Shown here piece after piece: positions 30,397-37,873 of a stretch of 64,000 bases of DNA; the stretch's first letter is position 1; every line of letters starts with the position of its first letter. The stretch comes from an uncultured Anaerolineales bacterium. GTDB lineage: Bacteria > Chloroflexota > Anaerolineae > UBA7937 > B3-Chlor. The notes beneath the pieces are model-generated. The model was given only the letters and a program-made list of their open reading frames with translations. It was not told where the DNA came from and did not search any database. Position numbers and translations under genes: made by a program. The stretch lies in assembly GCA_964433755.1 (NCBI GenBank), contig CAYSSR010000002.1:278351-342350 (forward strand), written 5' to 3'.

Positions 30397-30825
30397 TCAC
30401 CTGCCTGTGGCGACAGGCTCTATCAAATCCTCTAGCGTGGTGGAATCGAGCACCTCGACGATCCCATCGTGCATCTTCCTCCACACATCCCTGGCCGCAC
30501 AGATGCCCTGCCGGCCGCACGATTCCTCGGTTCTCTCGTGAGGAATACACTTCAGGGGCATGATGTACCCCTCTTCCAGCGCCCTCACCACGTCACCGAC
30601 CGTGATCTGGCGCGGGGCGCGACAAAGCTCGTAGCCGCCACGCGCGCCCCGAGTGCTCTCCACCAGGTTCGCTTCCTTCAGCAACGGGATGATCTGTTCC
30701 AGATAGCCCAAGGAGACGCCCTGGGCCTCAGCCACGTCGCCCAGCGACATGGGGCCCTGGCCGTGGCGCCTGCCAAGCTCGATCATCGCTCTGAGACCGT
30801 ACTGTTCTCTGGCAGATAGCTTCAT
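30397..30825 (-). CDS. iscR: Rrf2 family transcriptional regulator (IscR-like, with C-terminal Cys cluster)
   Basis: MKLSAREQYGLRAMIELG helix-turn-helix, with C-terminal cysteines for [Fe-S] binding. Confidence 0.8.
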   Translation of the reverse strand: MKLSAREQYGLRAMIELGRRHGQGPMSLGDVAEAQGVSLGYLEQIIPLLKEANLVESTRGARGGYELCRAPRQITVGDVVRALEEGYIMPLKCIPHERTEESCGRQGICAARDVWRKMHDGIVEVLDSTTLEDLIEPVATGR

Positions 30826-30854
30826 GAGGTAATTCCAAGCATAAACTAAGAATT

Positions 30855-30883
30855 ATCATACCACACATCTCTCCAGCAGTCAA
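30855..30883 (-). promoter_or_regulatory. Sigma70-type promoter (minus) TTGACT-17-TATGAT for iscR-nifS-nifU
   Basis: Reverse complement reads cgacTTGACTgctggagagatgtgtggTATGATaattc, ~30 nt before the iscR ATG. Confidence 0.5.
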
Positions 30884-30960
30884 GTCGGCGCTTGCACCGT
30901 GTTGGCGGGCGGTGAATGAGATGCAGCTGAAGGAGTCCCGAGCGACGGGCGGAGAAAGGT

Positions 30961-30993
30961 GAGGGAGTGGACAGCGGGGCTGTCCACTCCCTC
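30961..30993 (-). terminator. Perfect 14-15 bp GC-rich hairpin (gagggagtggacag/ctgtccactccctc) downstream of the C1 protease gene. Likely a terminator insulating the isc operon.
   Basis: Seen directly in the sequence. On the minus strand it is followed by CCTTTCTCC. Confidence 0.45.
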
Positions 30994-31049
30994 AGCGGTA
31001 TGTTCGCGTGGGGCCAGCAGAAGCACTGGCCCCACAGGCATTGGGGGAC

Positions 31050-32357
31050 CTACCCTGTTACGAAGGGTACGAAGGTCCTAAGATCCAGACCACCAGTGGT
31101 AAGGACGAATCGGGCGGTCACCGTTTTGTCGGAGTCCACGATGACACTTATCGACTCGCTGTCGCCAGCTACGTCACCATCCCATCCAGCGAACTCGTAG
31201 CCGTCCACGGGTACCGCAGTAAGCATCACCTCGGTGCCCGACTCACACCCGTCCACCACGCAGGCCAGGGGCTCGGAGAGGATGGCGCCGCCACCTGTGG
31301 GTGCTACGCTGGGGTAGAGGTGGTAGGAGGGCAAAGGTACCTCGACGATGGGAACGTAGGCGTAGTCGTCGATCCCACACTCACCGTACGCTATCTTGAA
31401 CCAACCGTTCTCGCCCCAACCTCTGCCCCAGCTATTCTTCGCGATCCAGTAGCCCTCCTCATCGTCGTAACCAACCACGGTGACAGCGTGGCCACCTTCC
31501 AGCGTGCCTGTGGTGTGCCGGTAGACGCCTCCCTCGTAAGTCCAGAAATCCGAGTAGACCAGCATGGTCGCCTCGAAAGGTCCACTATCAGCCAGTGCCT
31601 GCTTCATATCGTCCGAGTTGGTCAGCCCGACCCACTCAGTGAGGCGTGTGACCCGATTCTGCCAGTCGGGACACAACCTGCACGTCTGATCAGACGTGTC
31701 GTAGGGGTAGCATGGCTCCTCAGTGATGCCTACGTCACGAGCGGCATTCAGCGCTGCAAAGGGGGTCCAGCCGGTAGCGCAGCTACTGCCTGAGTTACAG
31801 AAGAACAGGTGCGCCTCCGAAAGGTCGGGGTTGAGAGCGGGACTGCCCAATGCAATCTCCAGACGGGACTCGATGGCCCCGACGGTGGCGAAGGCCACGC
31901 AGGATCCGCAGGCACTCTGGTTCCGGATGCCAGTCGTCCAGTTTTCACCATCCACGTCCCGCCAATCGAGCCTGGCCGGATAGCCGTAGCTGGCAGAGAG
32001 CTTCACGCCAGCCTCGCTGGCCTGCTCCTTCTCCCACTCCGTCACCTCCATCGGCACACCCAGCAGCCCAACCAGGTCTTCAGGACCCGATTCCAGCAGC
32101 GGGGGCTCGGTGGAGGGCAAAGAGTCTTCGTCGCCGAGTGAGATGGTCTGGGTGACGGTGGTGCCGACAGTATCCGTCGGGGTAGACGAGGCGAAGAGGG
32201 TAGTGGTAATGGTTTCCGGTTGCCAGAGCGTATCCTCGGGGCACCCGGTCGGCTCAGGCGACTCCGTCTGCGCCATAGCAGGAACCTGCAAGACCACACT
32301 GACGCCTGTAGCCAGCAGAACCGCCACGACTAGAACTAGAGTTGACTTGATTCTCAC
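31050..32357 (-). CDS. Secreted papain-family (C1A) cysteine protease with C-terminal InlB-B-repeat-like domain
   Basis: Signal peptide. Catalytic Cys in CGSCVAF, and His/Asn in GGHAV...NSWG. The C-terminal repeat is GYEFAGWDGD. Confidence 0.85.
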   Translation of the reverse strand: MRIKSTLVLVVAVLLATGVSVVLQVPAMAQTESPEPTGCPEDTLWQPETITTTLFASSTPTDTVGTTVTQTISLGDEDSLPSTEPPLLESGPEDLVGLLGVPMEVTEWEKEQASEAGVKLSASYGYPARLDWRDVDGENWTTGIRNQSACGSCVAFATVGAIESRLEIALGSPALNPDLSEAHLFFCNSGSSCATGWTPFAALNAARDVGITEEPCYPYDTSDQTCRLCPDWQNRVTRLTEWVGLTNSDDMKQALADSGPFEATMLVYSDFWTYEGGVYRHTTGTLEGGHAVTVVGYDDEEGYWIAKNSWGRGWGENGWFKIAYGECGIDDYAYVPIVEVPLPSYHLYPSVAPTGGGAILSEPLACVVDGCESGTEVMLTAVPVDGYEFAGWDGDVAGDSESISVIVDSDKTVTARFVLTTGGLDLRTFVPFVTG

Positions 32358-32391
32358 TTTCGCCCCACCCCCGTCGAGACAATGGTGGGGA

Positions 32392-32440
32392 CGAAAGAAA
32401 ACGCGCTCTCAACCACGGTGCCAAAGGGAAAAAGAGCGCG
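32392..32440 (-). terminator. Intrinsic terminator/attenuator in the leader between riboswitch A and the protease gene (CGCGCUCU...AGAGCGCG + UUUUCUUUCG)
   Basis: A perfect 8-bp stem with a 23-nt loop and a U tract on the minus strand. Confidence 0.5.
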
Positions 32441-32454
32441 CTGAATAGCTAGCT

Positions 32455-32550
32455 TTTCTTCGGAGGCAACCCGGCCACCATAGTTCGCTCAGAACCGTAG
32501 GCCCGTGGCTTTGCGTCCCCACCTTTCGATGGGTTTGCCTTTATCACCGA
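32455..32550 (-). promoter_or_regulatory. c-di-GMP-I (GEMM-I) riboswitch aptamer A, in the leader of the C1 protease gene
   Basis: Minus-strand RNA reads GGUGAUAAAGGCAAACCCAUCGAAAGGUGGGGACGCAAAGCCACGGGCCUACGG...GGCCGGGUUGCCUCCGAAG. It matches the GEMM-I core (GGCAAACC, GAAA-capped P2, GGGACGCAAAGCC, a long P3, and P1 closure). Confidence 0.8.
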
Positions 32551-32618
32551 CTTACTGTTAAGGTCTTGCCTGTGAACTGATCCGCGTCAGCACCCCGTAA
32601 AGGACGCCGACTGGTATC

Positions 32619-33896
32619 TCACGCTTGAGCTCTCGTCGTCAACGGCACGTGGCTCTGCTGCAGCGATCCACTGGTCACGGAGAGGATCACCTGCACATCG
32701 ACAGACATGCCCCCGGCGTCTACGGTTATCGTCCCTGCGTGAATCCCTTCAGCGGTCGGGAAGCCCTCCAAGTAGACCACCACGGTCGATTGGCCGGATC
32801 CGGCAGCCTGGCTCAGCTTGATCCAGTCTTGATCGGCGCTGGCAGTCCAGTTGGCCCAGGTGTCGATGTGCACCCCGTTCCCGGCCGGCACCGTGGGCGC
32901 AGAACCCTGCATAGAGAGAAACACCAACGAATCGGGCGACACCCTCAAAGGCAGATCGAGGTAGATGCTGTCGCGGCTCTCGAGCACGGTCGAGCCCCGC
33001 CTGATCTGAGCAAGCACCGTAGCGGGTGATCCATCGCCGGTGGACAACGTCCATGCCTTGTCAGAGGAGAAGGGTTCCCAGGCCGACCAAGTCTCGCCTG
33101 CGTTGCGGAACCTCATCTCCGTCGCCCAGTCCTGGCCATACACGTACAGGTCAACGGAGAGGCTGGCCGTTGACCACGCCTCTCCGTCGACCACCACAGG
33201 GTAGAAGGCATTTCCTTGTACGCCGTTCCGAGCCCCAAGATCAAGGGTCCAGTAGTGGTAGTAATACGCGCTGCCAGAGAAGGCATAGCCCCCTCCCGCC
33301 TCGCGGAAATCCACACTCAGCATGTTGTCCCTGTGACCGGGGCTATTCATCCAGGCATCGACCACCGCCCCAGACGACGTGTACCCCGCTGCGACGTTCT
33401 CGCCAAGATACGTATGGTTCAGGTACCCTGCATTCTCGATCCTGGTGACCCAGTCTGGTTCGCCAGAGCACGTGTGGGCGAAGCAGTCGTGGTTGGCCAT
33501 CCAGTCGCTGTGAAACTGCGCAGAGTCCATCAACTCTGAGGCCGCCTTCAGGGGCGGCAGCCCCCGACTCAGCCGTCTCACGTTTGTGAGACGGACCAGT
33601 GCGTGCCCCTGAGGCTCGTCGGGCGCCCCTGCACCCGCACTGACACTGACCAAACCTTCGTCCGAGTCACTGAGAGTGGATTCCGTGATGGAAGTGGTTC
33701 CGTCGGCGCCAATGAACCCGATGGCAACCGGGTTCCCGTCTCCATCGGCGCCTCCCACCGTGGCCAAGCTGGCCGACGCCAGCAAGAGCAGCAGGAGCGT
33801 ACAGGCAACAATACGATTCCTGGAGACTTCTCTACCTATCCGCAACATCCCGTTACTCGATAACATCTTGCGTTCGCTACGCTGTGCCAATCCCAT
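32619..33896 (-). CDS. Secreted CAP/SCP (YkwD-like) domain protein with C-terminal Ig-like/beta-sandwich domains
   Basis: Signal peptide (the true start is probably an internal ATG, MLRIG...). The SPGHRDNMLSVDFREAGGGYA motif is CAP-type. Confidence 0.75.
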   Translation of the reverse strand: MGLAQRSERKMLSSNGMLRIGREVSRNRIVACTLLLLLLASASLATVGGADGDGNPVAIGFIGADGTTSITESTLSDSDEGLVSVSAGAGAPDEPQGHALVRLTNVRRLSRGLPPLKAASELMDSAQFHSDWMANHDCFAHTCSGEPDWVTRIENAGYLNHTYLGENVAAGYTSSGAVVDAWMNSPGHRDNMLSVDFREAGGGYAFSGSAYYYHYWTLDLGARNGVQGNAFYPVVVDGEAWSTASLSVDLYVYGQDWATEMRFRNAGETWSAWEPFSSDKAWTLSTGDGSPATVLAQIRRGSTVLESRDSIYLDLPLRVSPDSLVFLSMQGSAPTVPAGNGVHIDTWANWTASADQDWIKLSQAAGSGQSTVVVYLEGFPTAEGIHAGTITVDAGGMSVDVQVILSVTSGSLQQSHVPLTTRAQA

Positions 33897-33906
33897 TAAC
33901 TAAGAA

Positions 33907-33942
33907 GCGCCCTTCGCCACATGCCGTTGGTTCGAAGAGCGC
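33907..33942 (-). terminator. Hairpin (GCGCUCUUCG/CGAAGGGCGC) in the leader between riboswitch B and the CAP-protein gene. Candidate attenuator.
   Basis: 10-bp stem with one G-U pair, followed by a weak U tract that overlaps the annotated start region. Confidence 0.35.
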
Positions 33943-33959
33943 TGCGTCTATGCTAGTTG

Positions 33960-34055
33960 TCCTTCGGAGGCAACCCGGCGACCGTAGTTCGACTGAACCG
34001 TAGGCCCGTGGCTTTGCGTCCCCACCTTTCGATGGGTTTGCCTTTGTCACCGCTC
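33960..34055 (-). promoter_or_regulatory. c-di-GMP-I (GEMM-I) riboswitch aptamer B, in the leader of the CAP-protein gene
   Basis: ~93% identical to aptamer A over ~90 nt, with the same GEMM-I core. Confidence 0.8.
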
Positions 34056-34088
34056 GATTGTCAAGGTAAGACCCTCAATGCCATTCCA

Positions 34089-34117
34089 AGTATACAGCAA
34101 GCAGCGCAGACAATCAA
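34089..34117 (-). promoter_or_regulatory. Sigma70-type promoter (minus) TTGATT-17-TATACT driving riboswitch B
   Basis: Reverse complement reads ccaTTGATTgtctgcgctgcttgctgTATACTtgg. Confidence 0.5.
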
Positions 34118-34240
34118 TGGTAAGATGGTACCATACCCAGCAACAACGAGCGGGGGGCTAGGCCGTCCTCTGGAACTTTGGCCTTATGCGAAGCCGCCGT
34201 CAGGGCGCTCTTGTCCAAAGCATGGACGTGCCTATGCGCC

Positions 34241-34269
34241 TTGACACCACCCGGACGGTTGTCTATAAT
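34241..34269 (+). promoter_or_regulatory. Consensus sigma70 promoter TTGACA-17-TATAAT driving riboswitch C and the PEP-CTERM operon
   Basis: The sequence ccTTGACAccacccggacggttgtcTATAATtc is a perfect consensus. Confidence 0.7.
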
Positions 34270-34299
34270 TCGTGATGCCTCTACATCGACTGATCAACG

Positions 34300-34395
34300 C
34301 AGGGTAACGAAAAGGCAACCTTCCTGCGAGGGAAGGAACGCAAAGCCTCGGATCTAGGCTGAACGCGCTCTGACGCCCAGATAGCCGAGCTGCCG
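34300..34395 (+). promoter_or_regulatory. GEMM-I-class (c-di-GMP-I or related cyclic dinucleotide) riboswitch aptamer C
   Basis: AAAAGGCAACC-UUCCUGCGAGGGAAGG (GNRA-capped P2)-AACGCAAAGCC-long P3-GCUGCC. It deviates from consensus at GCAA(A)CC and GGAACGC, so the call is less certain than A and B. Confidence 0.55.
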
Positions 34396-34425
34396 AACTA
34401 CTCAGGCGGCTCGGCGTTTTTTGTT
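34384..34425 (+). terminator. Intrinsic terminator (GCCGAGCUGCC...GGCGGCUCGGC + GUUUUUUGUU) forming the expression platform of riboswitch C
   Basis: 11-bp stem plus a U tract. The 5' arm is shared with the aptamer P3/P1 3' side, which implies a ligand-dependent antitermination (ON) switch. Confidence 0.7.
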
Positions 34426-34549
34426 GCCAAGGACTTTAAAACGCTTTTAAGGCCCGCTTAATGGCTGTTTAAGCTCCGCATGGTAGAGTCGGTAGTTGGT
34501 GACGTCGGCGTTCGGCCCGTGAGTCGACTCGCAGGGAGGAGATAGGAGT

Positions 34550-36130
34550 ATGCTTACTGGAAATGGTCGCATCTCATCGTGGGCGCGCGGCGTCAGTGTT
34601 GTCACTGTCGCCCTTCTTATGCTGATCGCACCCGGGTTGGCGCAGGCTCAGGGACCCGGGGCATGGGAGGAATACTCCGGCAACCCCATCATCGATCCCC
34701 CGGAAGAGGACGCCTACTACCCCAGCGTGCTCTACGACTCTTCCCCGACACCCTTTAGTGGCCACGGGGAAGCAAGCGCCTTCAAGATGTGGCACGACAA
34801 CGGTCTCCAGTACAGAGTCTCCGACGACGGTCTGTCGTGGACCAAAGTAGGAGACATGGATGACGGCACCATCACCGGCCTGCCCGCTGGAGAGGTGCGC
34901 CATCCTCTCGTGGAGTACTACGCGGCTGGGTTCACTGGCAGGAACGATGGCGACAACCCCAGCTCCGCTACCATGTACTATCGTCTCTGGTTCTGGCACC
35001 TGGGCCAGGACCTGTACAGTGTAGCTGCCATCCACTACGCCGAGTCGCCCGATGGAAAGGCCTGGTACAACGTGCAGCCGCTCCAGAACGGCACAGTGCC
35101 CATCGTCACGGGCACCTGGCCTGACTGGAATAGAGGATCGTACGGACCTTGCGATGTCCTCTTCTTTCCGGGAGCCAGCAACTCCGGAACTGACTGGACC
35201 TTCTGGATGTACTATGACGGCACCACCGGCGGAGACGAAGCCATAGGTCTCGGCTTCTCGGCCGATGGCGTGACCTGGACCGGGTACGATCCCGGCGGAG
35301 ACGGCCAGGCTGATGCCGTGATGAACGGCACCTACGTCTCCGGAGACTGGGACTACAACTACCTATCGCGCGCCACCATCTGGAGAGAGGCACCCGGCGA
35401 CTACCGCATGTGGTACAGCGCCGGCGTCGACACCATGAACCATGGCCTCGGATACGCCACCTCCTCCGACGGACTGAGCTGGACACGAGACCCCAACAAC
35501 CCCATCTTCTACAAGGACGATACCGGCTATCCTGGGTATCCCTGGCGCGAGAACCGTAGCTACACCCCCGTGGTGTTGCGTGCCGGGAACCTCTGGTTCA
35601 TGTGGTATTCCGGCGAGAACGGCGGGGGCAAGTGCATCGGTGTAGCCTATTCCAGCGCAGGACTTCCGGAGCAACTCCTGGAGATCGAGAAGAGCGCCCA
35701 TCCAGCGCAGATCGCTGTGGGTGAGAAGACTCTGTTCACCATCACCGTGACCAACGCCTCGATGGACGCCGCCGATGACGTAGTGGTCACGGACGAGATC
35801 GACGCGGGCCTGGAGATCGTGAACGTCCAGACCTCGAAGGGATTGATCTCCACGGCTGGGCAACAAGTGACGGTGGACGTGGGGTCCATGGCCCCAGATG
35901 AGACCGTGGTGATCGAGATTCGGGTGCTGGCGCTGGAGATCGGACAAATCGAGAACGTAGCGGTCGTGACCACGCCGCGAGTCGTCGCCGACGCTGGAGC
36001 GACGCTCGACGTGGTCAGCGCAGCAGCCGTGGAAGAGGAGTTCGTGCCCGAGCCGGGAAGCCTGCTTCTGATGGGCAGCGGCCTGCTCACCATGGCTGGA
36101 TACGCCATCAAGCGAGGTCGAAGACACTAG
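34550..36130 (+). CDS. Secreted BNR/Asp-box beta-propeller (glycoside-hydrolase-like) + DUF11 domain protein with PEP-CTERM sorting signal
   Basis: Signal peptide. Repeated SDDGLSWT / SADGVTWT / SSDGLSWT Asp-boxes and a DUF11 region (TITVTNASMDAADDVVVTDEID). The C-terminus VPEPGSLLLMGSGLLTMAGYAIKRGRRH is PEP-CTERM. Confidence 0.8.
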   Translation: MLTGNGRISSWARGVSVVTVALLMLIAPGLAQAQGPGAWEEYSGNPIIDPPEEDAYYPSVLYDSSPTPFSGHGEASAFKMWHDNGLQYRVSDDGLSWTKVGDMDDGTITGLPAGEVRHPLVEYYAAGFTGRNDGDNPSSATMYYRLWFWHLGQDLYSVAAIHYAESPDGKAWYNVQPLQNGTVPIVTGTWPDWNRGSYGPCDVLFFPGASNSGTDWTFWMYYDGTTGGDEAIGLGFSADGVTWTGYDPGGDGQADAVMNGTYVSGDWDYNYLSRATIWREAPGDYRMWYSAGVDTMNHGLGYATSSDGLSWTRDPNNPIFYKDDTGYPGYPWRENRSYTPVVLRAGNLWFMWYSGENGGGKCIGVAYSSAGLPEQLLEIEKSAHPAQIAVGEKTLFTITVTNASMDAADDVVVTDEIDAGLEIVNVQTSKGLISTAGQQVTVDVGSMAPDETVVIEIRVLALEIGQIENVAVVTTPRVVADAGATLDVVSAAAVEEEFVPEPGSLLLMGSGLLTMAGYAIKRGRRH

Positions 36131-36184
36131 GTCTGTTTCTGTTCGCGCCGGGAGGCACCTGAGGATGCTGGCAAGGAGAAAGAC

Positions 36185-37756
36185 GTGAGTCGAGGCCATT
36201 TCACACTGATTGCTGTGTTGCTCCCCACACTTCTGCTCGGGCTGGCCGCGTCGGGCGCCGCCTTCGCCGACGGTACGACGCATTACGTGAGTCCCGGACA
36301 AGACATCCAGGGGATCATCGACACCGCCAGTCCAGGGGACACTATCCAGTTCGCCCCAGGCACCTACACGCTGGCCTCGACCCTCTGCGTGAGCAAACCG
36401 CTTACTCTCACCTCTGCCGACCCCTACGCAGAAGTCAAACCCCTTCTCGACGGTGGAGGGAGTCTGGAGACCATCGTCTACGTGAACTCGGACAGCGTGG
36501 TCATCGATGGGCTGGAGATCGCCAATGGCACCGGCGATCTCGTCCTCCAGAGCGGGGCGTACGCAGAAACCGTGGTCCGGAACAACACTGTCCACGATTC
36601 GACCGGAGACGAGGGCATCCAGTTGAAGCAGTGCACGGATTGCGTTGTCGAATTCAACCTCATCTACGACGTCGCTCAGGATGGCATCTGCATAGCGGAC
36701 GCCTCGCACGACTGCCTGATCAGCAACAACGAGATCTACAACTCGTACAGCGAGAACGCCGTCATCTACGTCTACGATTCATACAACATCACTGTGGAAA
36801 GCAACTACATCCACGATACGCAGGGAGCCAACGGCATCACGTTCTACAAGAACTACGGCGCCACCCACACCATCACCAACAACCTCATCGTCAGCAACGA
36901 GTGGCGGGGTGGCAAGCACTGCTACGACGAAGCCGACGGAAATGCGGTGAGCATCTACAAGCCCCGGACGTCCAGCACCTACGTGGTCACTCACAATACC
37001 ATCGATGACAACACGCCGGCCAACGGTTGCGCCCAGCCGGGAAACGCCATCTACGTCAACGATGGCTCCGGGGTGGGCTTCAGCACCGACGTGCAGAGCA
37101 ACATCGTGACCAATCACAGCGGCTACGGCATCCGCACCTACTGTGAGGCTCTGGTGGGCTATGGCTGCAACGACCTGTGGCAGAATGCTCTCGGCGCCAC
37201 GGACGGCAACCCCGTAGATGCCGGCGGCAACATCTCCGCTGATCCCCTCTTCGATACCGACCACTCCTTGCTGGAAGGAAGCCCCGCCATCGACATGGCC
37301 TGCGACGGGAAAGACATGGGGGTCGACTTCTCGTTGTGGGGATACGAGCCCGCACTCCAGATCACGAAGGCCGTGAATCCGCTCTCGGTGGAAGAGGGAG
37401 CGGGGGCGACGTTCACCATCACTGTAACGAACGACGGCCCTGGGGCGGCACAGGACGTGGTGCTCACCGACGAGATAGACGCAGACCTTCAGATCTCCTC
37501 CGTGGAGACTACTCAGGGCACCCCACTCCAGGTAGGCCAGACGATCACTGTCGATATCGGGATGCTCGAGCGTAACGAAACCGTGACCGTCACCATCGCC
37601 GTGACAGCAACCGAGATGGGCACCCAGGTCAACGTCGCCCATCTGCGCTCCCTCACAGTCGAGGGGATGGATTCCAACAGTGTGCCGCTGGAGGTAGGGC
37701 CGCCCGCCCAACCACCACCCAACTTCTACTTTCCGCTCGTGCTCTGTGCTTTCTGA
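36185..37756 (+). CDS. Secreted right-handed parallel beta-helix (pectate-lyase-fold, PbH1 repeats) + DUF11 domain protein
   Basis: Signal peptide. Repeated NNT/NNE...I.N/D beta-helix rungs and a DUF11 region (TFTITVTNDGPGAAQDVVLTDEID). It has a hydrophobic C-terminus but no PEP motif. Confidence 0.7.
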   Translation: MSRGHFTLIAVLLPTLLLGLAASGAAFADGTTHYVSPGQDIQGIIDTASPGDTIQFAPGTYTLASTLCVSKPLTLTSADPYAEVKPLLDGGGSLETIVYVNSDSVVIDGLEIANGTGDLVLQSGAYAETVVRNNTVHDSTGDEGIQLKQCTDCVVEFNLIYDVAQDGICIADASHDCLISNNEIYNSYSENAVIYVYDSYNITVESNYIHDTQGANGITFYKNYGATHTITNNLIVSNEWRGGKHCYDEADGNAVSIYKPRTSSTYVVTHNTIDDNTPANGCAQPGNAIYVNDGSGVGFSTDVQSNIVTNHSGYGIRTYCEALVGYGCNDLWQNALGATDGNPVDAGGNISADPLFDTDHSLLEGSPAIDMACDGKDMGVDFSLWGYEPALQITKAVNPLSVEEGAGATFTITVTNDGPGAAQDVVLTDEIDADLQISSVETTQGTPLQVGQTITVDIGMLERNETVTVTIAVTATEMGTQVNVAHLRSLTVEGMDSNSVPLEVGPPAQPPPNFYFPLVLCAF

Positions 37757-37873
37757 GGGCTACTCTCGCGGCCCCTCAGACCATGACTTGCCTCTTCGGC
37801 AAGCCAGAATAGGAAATGGTGGTGACTCAATAGTTGAAGGCGACGACTCGAGACATCGGGAGGAGGAAAGACA

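Noticed and set aside
36185-37756. Third PEP-CTERM protein
   Set aside because: The C-terminus (…GPPAQPPPNFYFPLVLCAF) is hydrophobic but lacks the PEP motif and the basic tail. It is reported only as a beta-helix/DUF11 secreted protein.
37755-37781. Stem-loop (ctgaggg...cccctcag) right after the beta-helix gene as a terminator
   Set aside because: No U tract follows. It may be a weak terminator or processing site, but the evidence is insufficient to list it as a feature.
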